DNA from: an uncultured Candidatus Saccharibacteria bacterium
GTDB taxonomy: Bacteria; Patescibacteriota; Minisyncoccia; 2-02-FULL-40-12; GWA2-44-9
DNA length: 64,000 nucleotides
Assembly (NCBI GenBank): GCA_964356795.1
Contig: CAYHIK010000001.1
Location: 3,111 to 67,110 of the forward strand
Reading direction: 5' to 3'
Position 1 is the stretch's first letter, and every line of letters begins with the position of its first letter. Position numbers and translations under genes: made by a program. The notes below the pieces were generated by a model. It saw only the letters and a program-made list of their open reading frames with translations, searched no databases and had not been told where the DNA came from. This document shows, in pieces, positions 28,527-37,684 of the stretch.

Positions 28527-29471
28527 CTACCGAGACTTATTTCGACGACTCATCCACACAAGAACCGGTGATGCGATAAAGATTGAGGAATACGCCCCCA
28601 GGCCAATCCCGAGCATAAGCGCAAGGGCAAAATACTTGATACTGTCCCCTCCAAACAAGAACACCGCAAGGGATGACAGGATCACCACGAGCGTATTATT
28701 GATAGAGCGAACCAGCGTTTGCATGACACTTTCGTGTACCAAGTCTGGCAGGGAAAGCTTCGAGCCACGAAGGATATTCTCGCGGACGCGGTCATAGATA
28801 ACCACCTTGTCGGAGACGGTGTAGCCCAAGATGGTCAAGATTGCGGCAACATAGATACCAGTGATTTGGACATCGTAGAAATGCCCAAGTACCGCGAAGA
28901 CGCCCATAGGGATAATGATGTCGTGCGCGAGGCCGAGAAGCGTCCCCGCGGTCATCGCCCACAGCGAGAGTGACCGTGAAAGCGTTCTAAACATCCACGC
29001 GATGTACACGAGCACCGCCGTCAATAAGATAAAAATTGCGAGCTTACTCTTTTGCACAAGCTCGTCTCCAAGCGCAGGTCCGATGGAATCGAATCGCACC
29101 TCGGTGATTGTTGTCGTTGGAAATGCCTTCGTAAGCCCCTCCAGGAGCGCCTGATGTTCAGTCTCGCTCAGTGGACCACTTCGAATAATGGTCTCGGAAT
29201 CGCCCGACGGGCTTACGGTGATATCGAGATACGACTTCCCATCAAGCTGTGCAATCGCCTTGATGACATCGTCATTCGCTGGTCGCTCGCTAAATTGCAC
29301 CTCGAGAATACTCCCGCCCGTGAAGTCAACGCCCCAATTCAAGCCCCATACTTTCAATACGCCAAACGACGCAATGAGTATGATGACCGAAGCCGCGAAC
29401 ATGACAGAATAAAATCGTTTCATGGAATCAAGAGAATAATGCTCGATACTTACCAAGACGGCTCGATGCAA
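28527..29471 (-). CDS. secF: protein translocase subunit SecF
   Basis: GLNWGVDFTGGSILEVQF motif and an RND-like 6-TM topology. The start could instead be ATG at 29423. Confidence 0.8.
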   Translation of the reverse strand: MHRAVLVSIEHYSLDSMKRFYSVMFAASVIILIASFGVLKVWGLNWGVDFTGGSILEVQFSERPANDDVIKAIAQLDGKSYLDITVSPSGDSETIIRSGPLSETEHQALLEGLTKAFPTTTITEVRFDSIGPALGDELVQKSKLAIFILLTAVLVYIAWMFRTLSRSLSLWAMTAGTLLGLAHDIIIPMGVFAVLGHFYDVQITGIYVAAILTILGYTVSDKVVIYDRVRENILRGSKLSLPDLVHESVMQTLVRSINNTLVVILSSLAVFLFGGDSIKYFALALMLGIGLGAYSSIFIASPVLVWMSRRNKSR

Positions 29472-30786
29472 ACACTCGCAAGAATGTACGCGTTACCACG
29501 ATAGAGGTAAACAAGCTTATAATAACGCCCGTCCCCAACGTGAGTGCAAACCCTCGAACAATCGACGCCGTGAATGCATACAGGACCAATGCGCTAATGA
29601 ATGCCGTCACGTGACTGTCGCGAATCGATGGCCACGACCGACGGAATCCCTCTGCCATCGCCGCACTGAGCGAGCGCCCTGCAGAAAGCTCCTCTTTCAT
29701 ACGAGCAAAAATAAGGACATTTGCATCAAGCGCCATGCCCAGCGAAAGAATGAATCCAGCTACACCCGCGAGCGTCAATGTGACGGGTAATGCCTTATAT
29801 ACAGAAAGCGTAATAAGAAGATAGACACCCAATGCAAGAAGCGACGTGACACCGGGAAGACGGTAAAAGGCAATCATGAAGAGGCCCACAAGAATGAGTC
29901 CCCATACTCCCGCATTCATACTATTCTGAAGCGATTCCTGACCCAGCGATGCTCCAATCGTCTGCTGTGAAATAAGCTTGATTGGCACGGGAAGCGCTCC
30001 GCTATTGAGGCGGGTTGCAAGCAACTTCGATTCTGGGGCTGTGAAGTTTCCGCTAATGACGGCGCTTCCATCCACAATCTCACTCTGAACAACAGGGATA
30101 CTAATAGGAACCCCGTCGAGGAAGATCGCGACCGGCTTCCCAAGATTGCGTCGCGTAATATCGGCAAATAACTTTGCGCCTTCATCGTTGAGCTCAAGAC
30201 TCACCTGGGGTCGTCCCGTCTGAGGGTCGAATGACACCAGCGCGCGTTTTAATTGTTTGCCAGAAAGGCCTGTTGAAATCCACGCATTTGGATCGGTAGC
30301 GCTCTGCTCTTTGAATTCCAAGAATGGCGTCTCCCCGATGAGCTTGATTGCCTCGTTCACATCCTTTACACCCGCAATCTCAACAATGAGTCTATCCGAG
30401 CCGCTGATTTGCACGACTGGCTCTGCAACACCAAAGAAGTTCACCCGACGCTCGACGACATCGCGAACACCCTGCATCGCAGAGGCGCGGTCAATATCGG
30501 CGGCAAGGCCTGAGAAGTCCGCCTGATACAGTAAGTGTGCACCTCCGAGTAAATCGAGCCCAAGGGTAAACGGTTGCGCGGGAACACTCGGAATCGGTCC
30601 GAGCCATGAAGGGAGATACTGATTCGTAAATCCAATACCGCGATTTACTGCACTCGGAGACACGTACACAAACAACGCCAACGATATGAGAATTATGCTT
30701 GAGAGAATTTTTGAGTTTCGCGTCATGCGTGGAACATCAATTACGGGCTTCATGATGACAATACTGACCGTTCTTGTCAAATCCAC
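29428..30786 (-). CDS. secD: protein translocase subunit SecD
   Basis: LGLDLLGGAHLLYQAD motif, a periplasmic domain and a C-terminal 6-TM bundle. Start ambiguous between GTG 30786, ATG 30753 and ATG 30726. Confidence 0.8.
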   Translation of the reverse strand: MDLTRTVSIVIMKPVIDVPRMTRNSKILSSIILISLALFVYVSPSAVNRGIGFTNQYLPSWLGPIPSVPAQPFTLGLDLLGGAHLLYQADFSGLAADIDRASAMQGVRDVVERRVNFFGVAEPVVQISGSDRLIVEIAGVKDVNEAIKLIGETPFLEFKEQSATDPNAWISTGLSGKQLKRALVSFDPQTGRPQVSLELNDEGAKLFADITRRNLGKPVAIFLDGVPISIPVVQSEIVDGSAVISGNFTAPESKLLATRLNSGALPVPIKLISQQTIGASLGQESLQNSMNAGVWGLILVGLFMIAFYRLPGVTSLLALGVYLLITLSVYKALPVTLTLAGVAGFILSLGMALDANVLIFARMKEELSAGRSLSAAMAEGFRRSWPSIRDSHVTAFISALVLYAFTASIVRGFALTLGTGVIISLFTSIVVTRTFLRVFASSRLGKYRALFS

Positions 30787-31002
30787 GGCTCTTCATGACG
30801 TCCTCCATATGGGTCCTTCGCCGATAGTCCCTGCTCGGAACTTGGTCACAAAGAACGCTCACCTCGCGAACCGTAGAACATGTTGCAATATTGGGGATGC
30901 AACATTCTGCGGCTCGCCATCAGCTCGCATCTATCATTTCTGCCAAGATTCCTAGGGCAGGGGCTACCGGCTACGGATCACTCGATATATGCTCTTACTA
31001 AT

Positions 31003-31030
31003 GAAAAGGCGGAGATGGTTAGTCTCCGCC
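31003..31030 (-). terminator. rho-independent terminator after small membrane protein gene
   Basis: ggcggaga/tctccgcc stem followed, on the minus strand, by TTTTCATT. Confidence 0.5.
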
Positions 31031-31055
31031 GAGGACGCACTACCGCCGACGCTTT

Positions 31056-31430
31056 CTACGAGATGCCGGCGTTATCTGGCTTCCGCCTGGTGAAGAACCC
31101 GCGGAGATAGTAGTAAGCCACCCCCTGCAAGGAGCCGATGATCATGAAGATCCCCGGGGAAAGGACGTAGAACAAGCGGATGTGCCACTCAAGTCCGCCC
31201 GTCGTGATCGTCCACATGGGAATGCCGCCGATTACGAGACCCAGCGGACCCCATACCAACACCTCCCGAGTGGACAGGTAACCCGAACCACCCGCTCTCT
31301 TCATGTGAATCTTCGCCAGTGTGAACCCGAGGAGCACTGCGCATGGCCACTCAGCCAGCCACACCAGACTACCCACAAACCCGAGCGCCACGAACACTAC
31401 GAGCAACGTAAATTCCATGCAAACCTCCAC
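31056..31430 (-). CDS. small 4-TM membrane protein (hypothetical)
   Basis: 124-codon ORF, four hydrophobic segments; no CrcB or SMR signature. Confidence 0.4.
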   Translation of the reverse strand: MEVCMEFTLLVVFVALGFVGSLVWLAEWPCAVLLGFTLAKIHMKRAGGSGYLSTREVLVWGPLGLVIGGIPMWTITTGGLEWHIRLFYVLSPGIFMIIGSLQGVAYYYLRGFFTRRKPDNAGIS

Positions 31431-31466
31431 TGCACATGATACGCCATAATTTGTATCATGTCAAGT

Positions 31467-31629
31467 TTCCCGCTAACCCATTCCAGCGCAGGGGTCTTGG
31501 CGGAAATAATAGTTGCGAGGCGAAATCAACCGCAGTAGTGTTGCATCTTCAAAACTGCAACATCTACTACGGTCGATAAGCCGAGAACTCCTTACGACCA
31601 AGCCCCGAGCAGGGATGGGTTAGCGGGGA
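31467..31629 (-). other. ~160-nt nested inverted-repeat / structured element in the intergenic region between the nuclease gene and the small membrane protein gene
   Basis: Outer 15-bp inverted repeat ttcccgctaacccat / atgggttagcgggga, and a second tier ggggtcttgg / ccaagcccc. The inner hairpin is ccgcagtag-tgttgca...tgcaaca-tctactacgg. Confidence 0.5.
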
Positions 31630-31635
31630 AGTTGA

Positions 31636-33111
31636 CTACTCTGCCTCATCGAGCTTTTCACGAGACTTGCGGGGCTTCTGGGAGGCGAGCCAATCGCGGA
31701 GGAGCATCGTGGCGCGTACATCGTCTTCGTTGTAGCGAATGATTCTATCAAGCGATGCGCGATCCCCCGTGCGAAGCCACGTGTCGTACCATACGACAGA
31801 CTCCGCTCCGCCCGCCTCCGAATCTGCCCATGCATACCCAAGATACTTTGCCACATCTTTCAATGTATAGAAGTAGAGCGGAAGCACTACGGAATCAATC
31901 GTCTTCTGGTGGAGATCAACCGAGTGTTCGTGGAATTTCTGCACGAGATGCGATGGCGCACCGTGGCGCTGTGCGAGACGGTCAAACACCATCTTTTCAT
32001 AAAACGCATAGTGATAAATCGCAAAATTCTCCCACCCTGCGAGCAGGTCGAGGAATTTGCCCCACATCACGGCTTCATCTTCGGGCTTTTCTGCAATCAG
32101 CGTAGAGTAGGTCACGGCACCAGACGCAGTATCGCGAATCAAAAGCCCAAGCAAATAATCGACGTCGCGCGTCGGATCAGATTCAATATCGAAGAAAATT
32201 TCAGTGGCAACCTCGGGAAATGCCCCCTTTCGGATAATCTTTGGCTCTCCGCTCATGAGGACGCGCGCCTGATTCTGGAAACGGACAATCTTATCGTACG
32301 GCCAATCTTCAAATTTACCACGGAGATCGTCGGCATCGGCTTGTGCAAGGTCGGCAACCGTATGAATCCCAACGCTATACAAACGACGCTGATCGGCCTG
32401 CGAGAGGCGATAGATAAGCGAGACGTCATTGCATCCTTCGGCACCCTCAAGGCAAAGCGAGTACCACGGAGTACGCTTACAGCTCGATTTCAAGAACGGC
32501 GCGGGCTTATCCCCCGATAAGATGCGCTCGATGTCTTCGCGCGTTGTGTGAAATTGCGAAATAAAATCCCCTACCAAAAACGAACGCTCATGGCCCTGTG
32601 GATCAATCACGTATGCCTCGGTCGGCCGCACACCCTGAATCTTCTCTAAAATCAAAGAATAGAACACGAGCGGAAACTTATGCTCATCTTTAAGCTCAAG
32701 ATTTCGCTGTACATCGTACGTGACATATTGAAAGTCCCCCAGCGTACTCTTCCCGGGTCGAGCTTCGAGTAAATCGGGCATCCCCACCCAATCTTCCGTC
32801 ATGAGCACACCGTGGTAAATGTTTTTCCCCTGCTTCATCAGCTCGAGCGTTGCCAAGTAGGCCTCTTCCAAGTCGCGATACTGCTCGGGCTTGAGTTCCT
32901 CGAACTTCTTATGCGCTCCAAGTGAGCCGACGGCATCCTGCATCTTACCTTTGTAGATAATATCCAGGAGTGGGGATGGCTCTTTCTTATGCGCGCTATC
33001 GGCGTAAATGTCGTACCAAATCCAATGCGGGCACTGAAAGAATTTATAGAAGTGCTGAGCGGTTAGTTTCTGTGTTGGTTCCATGGGGGCATTGTACCGT
33101 GCGCGCAGCAA
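31636..33111 (-). CDS. TM0106-family RecB-like nuclease (RNase H-like/YprB-type domain)
   Basis: 491 aa. The C-terminal region EIFFDIESDP...YHYAFYEKMVFDRL...YNEDDVRAT resembles the TM0106 putative RecB-family nuclease. Confidence 0.45.
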   Translation of the reverse strand: MLRARYNAPMEPTQKLTAQHFYKFFQCPHWIWYDIYADSAHKKEPSPLLDIIYKGKMQDAVGSLGAHKKFEELKPEQYRDLEEAYLATLELMKQGKNIYHGVLMTEDWVGMPDLLEARPGKSTLGDFQYVTYDVQRNLELKDEHKFPLVFYSLILEKIQGVRPTEAYVIDPQGHERSFLVGDFISQFHTTREDIERILSGDKPAPFLKSSCKRTPWYSLCLEGAEGCNDVSLIYRLSQADQRRLYSVGIHTVADLAQADADDLRGKFEDWPYDKIVRFQNQARVLMSGEPKIIRKGAFPEVATEIFFDIESDPTRDVDYLLGLLIRDTASGAVTYSTLIAEKPEDEAVMWGKFLDLLAGWENFAIYHYAFYEKMVFDRLAQRHGAPSHLVQKFHEHSVDLHQKTIDSVVLPLYFYTLKDVAKYLGYAWADSEAGGAESVVWYDTWLRTGDRASLDRIIRYNEDDVRATMLLRDWLASQKPRKSREKLDEAE

Positions 33112-33129
33112 AAAAGAAACGACCCGTCC

Positions 33130-34509
33130 TTAGAGGGCGGGTCGAACGACGGAGCACACGAAGCGGTCGCGGTGCAGATACTTCGCAGCAACCGCGCGAA
33201 GCATGCGATGTGTTACGCGTCTAATGTCATCGTAATAGGACGAAAACCGCGAAAGATCTTCATCTCCATTTGCGAGCGACATAAGGATACGGTCAGAGAG
33301 TGCACCCGGTGAGAAGCGATAGTGCTCGAGGAACAGATGCGCGAGGAAGAATGTTGCATCCTCGACATCCTCTTCGAGTTCGGAGCTAGGCCCCGAAACG
33401 ATATCGCTGATCACATCAAGCATTCGCTCGATGAGATACTCACAGTGAGCGCGATCCCCACGAGTTGCGAATTCAACGAGCATCACCCCGTGACTCGACG
33501 AACAGTCCCAGACAACATCGGAATGATAGATGCCACCGGGATGCACGAGGTTCCCCTCTCGAAGCGCCGCATCAATGCGATCCTTCAGGATGCCTTCGAG
33601 CACTTCGAGCGCGAATGCGTCTCTCGTACTAAAGGTCTCGGTCGGCCACAGCATGCACACGTGGTGCATCGTTGCACCGCTGCGGTCTGTAGTGATGCGA
33701 CGGATATCGGTGAGTACGGGCACATCATCCGAACGATTGTAGCTCCACGAAGTTGCGGGCCATGGTGGCAATTCATTCAAACGAGCATCACGCACCATCC
33801 GCACCGCGTCGTGCTGATTGGGGCCGATGAGCACCACACACATCGTCGCGGGCACACAGTTCACCTGCGCCCACTGCTTCATCGTTCCAACCTTCACGCG
33901 CGCCAGCTGTTCGGGATCAGAATCGCCCCAGTGCCGAGCAGGATTCGTCGTGTATAGCGCGCGGAGTGCCGCACGATACCCAGCCATGCCCGGCCATTCG
34001 TCGTTCAAGCCCGTCTCATTGTCGACTGCAGAACGTTCAACCGAAAGTGCACGGGCATTCACAATCGCATCGTCACGATTCCGCATGTCGCGAATATCGT
34101 ACATTGCATCGCGCACCATGCCAGCCATGATTTGGAACACTTCGTTCCGATGGCGTGCATGGAACAAATCCTGATGACCGTATCCCGTATAGCTATGCTC
34201 GGTGTGCACGTTGATGCCCGAACCGCTCGACCCACCGAAGTATCGACGGAACATGCGGTCAGCCTGACGAGCGCTAATCGGTTGCGGTCGTTCCGGGTAT
34301 CGACGCGCCCAGCGCGCAACGACTCGTGGTGACGCGCCACGGCAGAACAAATGCTCAACCGCATGCGCCATCCCGATGAACGACACAGGATCGTTGCGGG
34401 TCCCCCGCAAAAATCCAACCTGTGATGCGCTCAGAAGCCTATTGGAAACATTCACCAGTCTGACGCCGTTTTCGAACAGCGTAATGACGGGCGGGTTCTT
34501 ATCCGCCAT
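33130..34509 (-). CDS. M16-family zinc metallopeptidase (insulinase/pitrilysin-like)
   Basis: Inverted zincin motif HAVEHLFCRG (HxxEH). ATG at 34509 with an AAGGAGGTG SD 7 nt upstream. About 460 aa. Confidence 0.6.
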   Translation of the reverse strand: MADKNPPVITLFENGVRLVNVSNRLLSASQVGFLRGTRNDPVSFIGMAHAVEHLFCRGASPRVVARWARRYPERPQPISARQADRMFRRYFGGSSGSGINVHTEHSYTGYGHQDLFHARHRNEVFQIMAGMVRDAMYDIRDMRNRDDAIVNARALSVERSAVDNETGLNDEWPGMAGYRAALRALYTTNPARHWGDSDPEQLARVKVGTMKQWAQVNCVPATMCVVLIGPNQHDAVRMVRDARLNELPPWPATSWSYNRSDDVPVLTDIRRITTDRSGATMHHVCMLWPTETFSTRDAFALEVLEGILKDRIDAALREGNLVHPGGIYHSDVVWDCSSSHGVMLVEFATRGDRAHCEYLIERMLDVISDIVSGPSSELEEDVEDATFFLAHLFLEHYRFSPGALSDRILMSLANGDEDLSRFSSYYDDIRRVTHRMLRAVAAKYLHRDRFVCSVVRPAL

Positions 34510-34598
34510 AACGCTCACCTCCTTCAGATGAGAAAGAACGATGGAACGACAATAAAGAAAAAACCCATCCGCCACAAGAGCGAATGGGTATCGACTGT

Positions 34599-35186
34599 TT
34601 AGTCGAAGCAGAGATACATGAGGCGATAATTCGAGTACTCCCAATCGCCGTCATCGTAGTCGTAACGGTCGGCGGGTCTCCGATTCGTCGGAACCCAGTA
34701 CCAGCCACATCCGACGTTCGGACGATACCAGTACGGCCAGTAGAAGCTCACCCACGAAGAACGGTCGTAGTGCCAGAGCCGATAGTGCGGACCGAAGTTG
34801 CGTCCGTAGAACCGGGTCCTGCCGTACCAATCGGCGCCACGATACGAGCGAGGGAAGCGATACCAGCGGCCCCGGTCAGGACGCTGATAGTTCCTCCAGT
34901 GATACTGATCATATCGATTGCGATCATCGCGACGGTCGTACTGCCCAGGACGCGGATGACGGTCCTGTGCGCCACGACGGTCTCGCTCGCTCTGTGCGCG
35001 AGGCACTGCACGGTTCGACGGTGGCGCCTCGTGAGCTCGCTCGCGGGGCTGAGCCTTCCGCTCGCGATTGCCATCGCTCGAACGCGGCCTGCCCTGCTGC
35101 TGTGCGTTTGCGGCGGTACCCGTACACCACAGGGCAGTGAGTACCACGAAGAACGCGATGAGCAGAATGCGTGTTCTGCGTCCCAT
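34599..35186 (-). CDS. secreted low-complexity Arg/Asp/Tyr/Trp-rich protein
   Basis: Strong AGGAGG SD 6 nt before the ATG. Sec signal peptide MGRRTRILLIAFFVVLTALWCTGTAANA-QQ. The mature region is dominated by R, D, Y and W in RY/WY-type repeats. Confidence 0.6.
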   Translation of the reverse strand: MGRRTRILLIAFFVVLTALWCTGTAANAQQQGRPRSSDGNRERKAQPRERAHEAPPSNRAVPRAQSERDRRGAQDRHPRPGQYDRRDDRNRYDQYHWRNYQRPDRGRWYRFPRSYRGADWYGRTRFYGRNFGPHYRLWHYDRSSWVSFYWPYWYRPNVGCGWYWVPTNRRPADRYDYDDGDWEYSNYRLMYLCFD

Positions 35187-35236
35187 GCGAATCCTCCTAA
35201 CAAGGAAAAGAACAACGCCTACATTGTAGCACTAAG

Positions 35237-35692
35237 TCAAGCGGTTGCAACACGCCCCGGCACCGAAACGCTTGGGTATCGCTTCACCTCGTGCTTCGGT
35301 ATAAACGACTTCAAATACCTTCGCTGTGAAGCGGAAAACTGCCGGACGAGAATTCCCTCAATAGAAAGGATGGAACGCTCCCCGGCGCGAGGGAGAATGA
35401 CATGCGCAAGCTCATGAATGAGTGTCTCAACCTCGTCATCCCGGCAGCGATGCGTGTTTTTTGCTGGATTTATGAGGATTTGCACCCAATTACCCGATGG
35501 GTGGATATCAGGGTCCATAAGGCCTCGAATGACCTTACGATGTGGGTCGTCGGGGTTCACTAGGCGCTTCTTTCGGGAGATTTTCACACGCTCGCTCCGA
35601 AGTACCACCACGAATTGCCTGAATACCCAGTCAACAAGCGCATCACCGCTTCTCGGTAGACTTGTCATGTATTTTGATGCAGCTCGTTTCAT
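35237..35692 (-). CDS. small putative zincin-like metallopeptidase (HExxH)
   Basis: LIHELAHVILP motif in a 151 aa soluble protein, in the same operon as the M16 peptidase. Confidence 0.35.
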   Translation of the reverse strand: MKRAASKYMTSLPRSGDALVDWVFRQFVVVLRSERVKISRKKRLVNPDDPHRKVIRGLMDPDIHPSGNWVQILINPAKNTHRCRDDEVETLIHELAHVILPRAGERSILSIEGILVRQFSASQRRYLKSFIPKHEVKRYPSVSVPGRVATA

Positions 35693-35815
35693 GGATTTGG
35701 AGGGTGTAGCTGCGGCATGGTATACGGCTCCTGGGTTCTTCGCAACCTTGACCTATAGGCTCGATTTGTGGCATGAAAAAACACCCTCACGGGTGCTTTT
35801 TCATATCCGCCAGAA

Positions 35816-36004
35816 CTACATCTGCATTTTCTTCTGACCCATCACCTGATAAATCGCTGATAATGCCACGAGCGCATACAATACGCGCGCGAGGGTGAGG
35901 CCGAGGTATTGCCCGACACCGAGACCGAACAACACGAGACCCCAGTTGAGGCCACCGATCACCAACAGCCAAAACGTTACTTTATTGAGATTCACATAAA
36001 TCAC
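35816..36004 (-). CDS. DUF378-family small membrane protein
   Basis: LLVIGGLNWGLVLFGL, the DUF378 signature, in a 62 aa two-TM protein. Confidence 0.55.
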   Translation of the reverse strand: MIYVNLNKVTFWLLVIGGLNWGLVLFGLGVGQYLGLTLARVLYALVALSAIYQVMGQKKMQM

Positions 36005-36071
36005 CCCCTCTATGTAGCTCCCCTAATTATCGCATACATCGACAGCGCGTCGAGCAATATTCATCCACACC

Positions 36072-36968
36072 TCACTGCGACTCATAGAGTAACCGATGTA
36101 TAACTTCACGGACATTATGATGATCCACCAGAATCGATTCGAGCGCATTCAGGAGTATTAAATCGGGATGATGGCCAATCATCTGTAGTATCGGCATCAG
36201 CGACGTAATTCCCTCGCACGAGACGTGCGTTACGCCGGACCGCGCAAGCTCAACGCCCGCGGTGTGGTTCTTCGAATGCTTCGAAATACCTGTTGCAACC
36301 AAGTCACCGATGCCCGCAATCGAAAGTATAATCTCACGGTCAATGCGAATATGGCGCGCAATTGCAATCATCTCTCGAACTGCCTGAGAAAAGAGCCAGC
36401 CCCGAGCATTTCCACCCAATGCAAGCCCATCCCCCATACCCATCATGATTGCATAGATGTTTTTAAGTACACCGGCATACGAAACCGAGCGCATATCCGA
36501 CGTTATTTGTGTTCGAAGTGGCGACCCATCAAATACCGAGGAAACTTTGTGTGCGCAGTCATCAGACGATGAAGCAATGAGTGCCATTCCGGGAAGTCCC
36601 GATGCCAACTCATGCGCAAGCATCGCACCACTCATCACCACAATGCAGTGTTTGGGCAGTAGCTCTTCGCACACCTGATACATTGCGAGCCCAGAAGGTG
36701 CTTCAATCCCTTTCGCAAGAGTAACAATAGGGGTCAACGAAGGCACGAGTGCAGAAATACGCGTCACCGCGGTACGCATCGCGCCACTGGGCACACAAAG
36801 AAAAATCACATCTACAGTAGGAACAGTTGATTCAAGCGGAGCACATCCTCCAGGGCACTTGCTTGCATCAATATCCCAATACGAAACTGCGGCATGCTCA
36901 CTCGAGATAATTCCGCCCAGTGACGTGCCAAGCGCCCCTGCGCCAATAATGAGAACGTGTTGTTGCAT
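36072..36968 (-). CDS. gpsA: NAD(P)H-dependent glycerol-3-phosphate dehydrogenase GpsA
   Basis: VLIIGAGALGTSLG Rossmann motif, AKGIE, LKNIYAIMMGMGDGLALGGNA. The preferred start is MQQHV (about 36968), because the TTG at 37001 lies inside the maf terminator U-tract. Confidence 0.65.
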   Translation of the reverse strand: MQQHVLIIGAGALGTSLGGIISSEHAAVSYWDIDASKCPGGCAPLESTVPTVDVIFLCVPSGAMRTAVTRISALVPSLTPIVTLAKGIEAPSGLAMYQVCEELLPKHCIVVMSGAMLAHELASGLPGMALIASSSDDCAHKVSSVFDGSPLRTQITSDMRSVSYAGVLKNIYAIMMGMGDGLALGGNARGWLFSQAVREMIAIARHIRIDREIILSIAGIGDLVATGISKHSKNHTAGVELARSGVTHVSCEGITSLMPILQMIGHHPDLILLNALESILVDHHNVREVIHRLLYESQ

Positions 36969-37000
36969 GTGTTGCACCTCTCTATAAAGTATAGCACGCA

Positions 37001-37028
37001 AAAAAAGACCAACCCACGCGGGTTGGTC
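37001..37028 (-). terminator. rho-independent terminator after maf
   Basis: gaccaaccc-acgc-gggttggtc hairpin, followed on the minus strand by a U7 run. Confidence 0.5.
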
Positions 37029-37035
37029 ACATCCC

Positions 37036-37626
37036 CTAATCCTTCAGCAGATGCAGGGTCAAATGCAGGAACCGACTCGGAAGCCCCTGAATCGTCTCTG
37101 GGTCTCCGGCCACGTCCAAGATGTGGTCGGAAAATAGCGGATGCTCCATCGTGAATGCGCCCGACCACCCCATCGCGGTCCCGTCAGCGATAATCTCGTC
37201 GATGCGCTGTGGCGAAAAGGGAGTGAACGCGATTGAAGCAGTATCTACGACGAGCGCGGAATAGTCCTTTGAAGCTCCGCCATGCCCATCGACACGAAGC
37301 GCATACATCGCGGTCACGCACTCAGGAACAAATCGTCGATACGACCGTAGCCATACACGCGCCTCATTCTCAGATGATGGCTTCTCACGAATACTACCAT
37401 CCATCATCTGAACTACCGTATCGGCAGTGAAGATGAGCGCCGGCTCAGAAAGCATCGCCGCAATCGCCTCTGCCTTCGCACACGCAACCTTGATGGTCAC
37501 GGAGTGCGCCGACGTTCGCGGAAACACGTTCTCGTCGATGTTCGGGGCGATGATGTCAAACTCTGGCACCACCCTCCGCATAATCTCCGCACGTCTCACC
37601 GAACTCGAACCAAGAATGATTCTCAA
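37036..37626 (-). CDS. maf: Maf-like nucleoside triphosphate pyrophosphatase
   Basis: MRIILGSSSVRRAEIM...IFTADTVV is the Maf family signature; 196 aa. Confidence 0.65.
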   Translation of the reverse strand: MRIILGSSSVRRAEIMRRVVPEFDIIAPNIDENVFPRTSAHSVTIKVACAKAEAIAAMLSEPALIFTADTVVQMMDGSIREKPSSENEARVWLRSYRRFVPECVTAMYALRVDGHGGASKDYSALVVDTASIAFTPFSPQRIDEIIADGTAMGWSGAFTMEHPLFSDHILDVAGDPETIQGLPSRFLHLTLHLLKD

Positions 37627-37684
37627 TGCACCCTCCTTGCAAGGGTTTTATTATGACATATTTCGTGATATTTGCAATATCACC

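Noticed and set aside
31056-31635. Fluoride or guanidine riboswitch controlling a CrcB/SMR-like exporter
   Set aside because: The downstream 4-TM protein lacks the CrcB GGxxGxxxR/TTFSTF motif and the SMR motifs. The RNA element is far larger than those riboswitch classes.
34584-35417. 277-aa plus-strand ORF overlapping the R/Y/W-rich gene
   Set aside because: It is a shadow ORF in a GC-rich coding region. The minus-strand gene has a perfect AGGAGG SD and a Sec signal peptide, while the plus ORF has a Pro/Val/Arg-rich nonsense composition.
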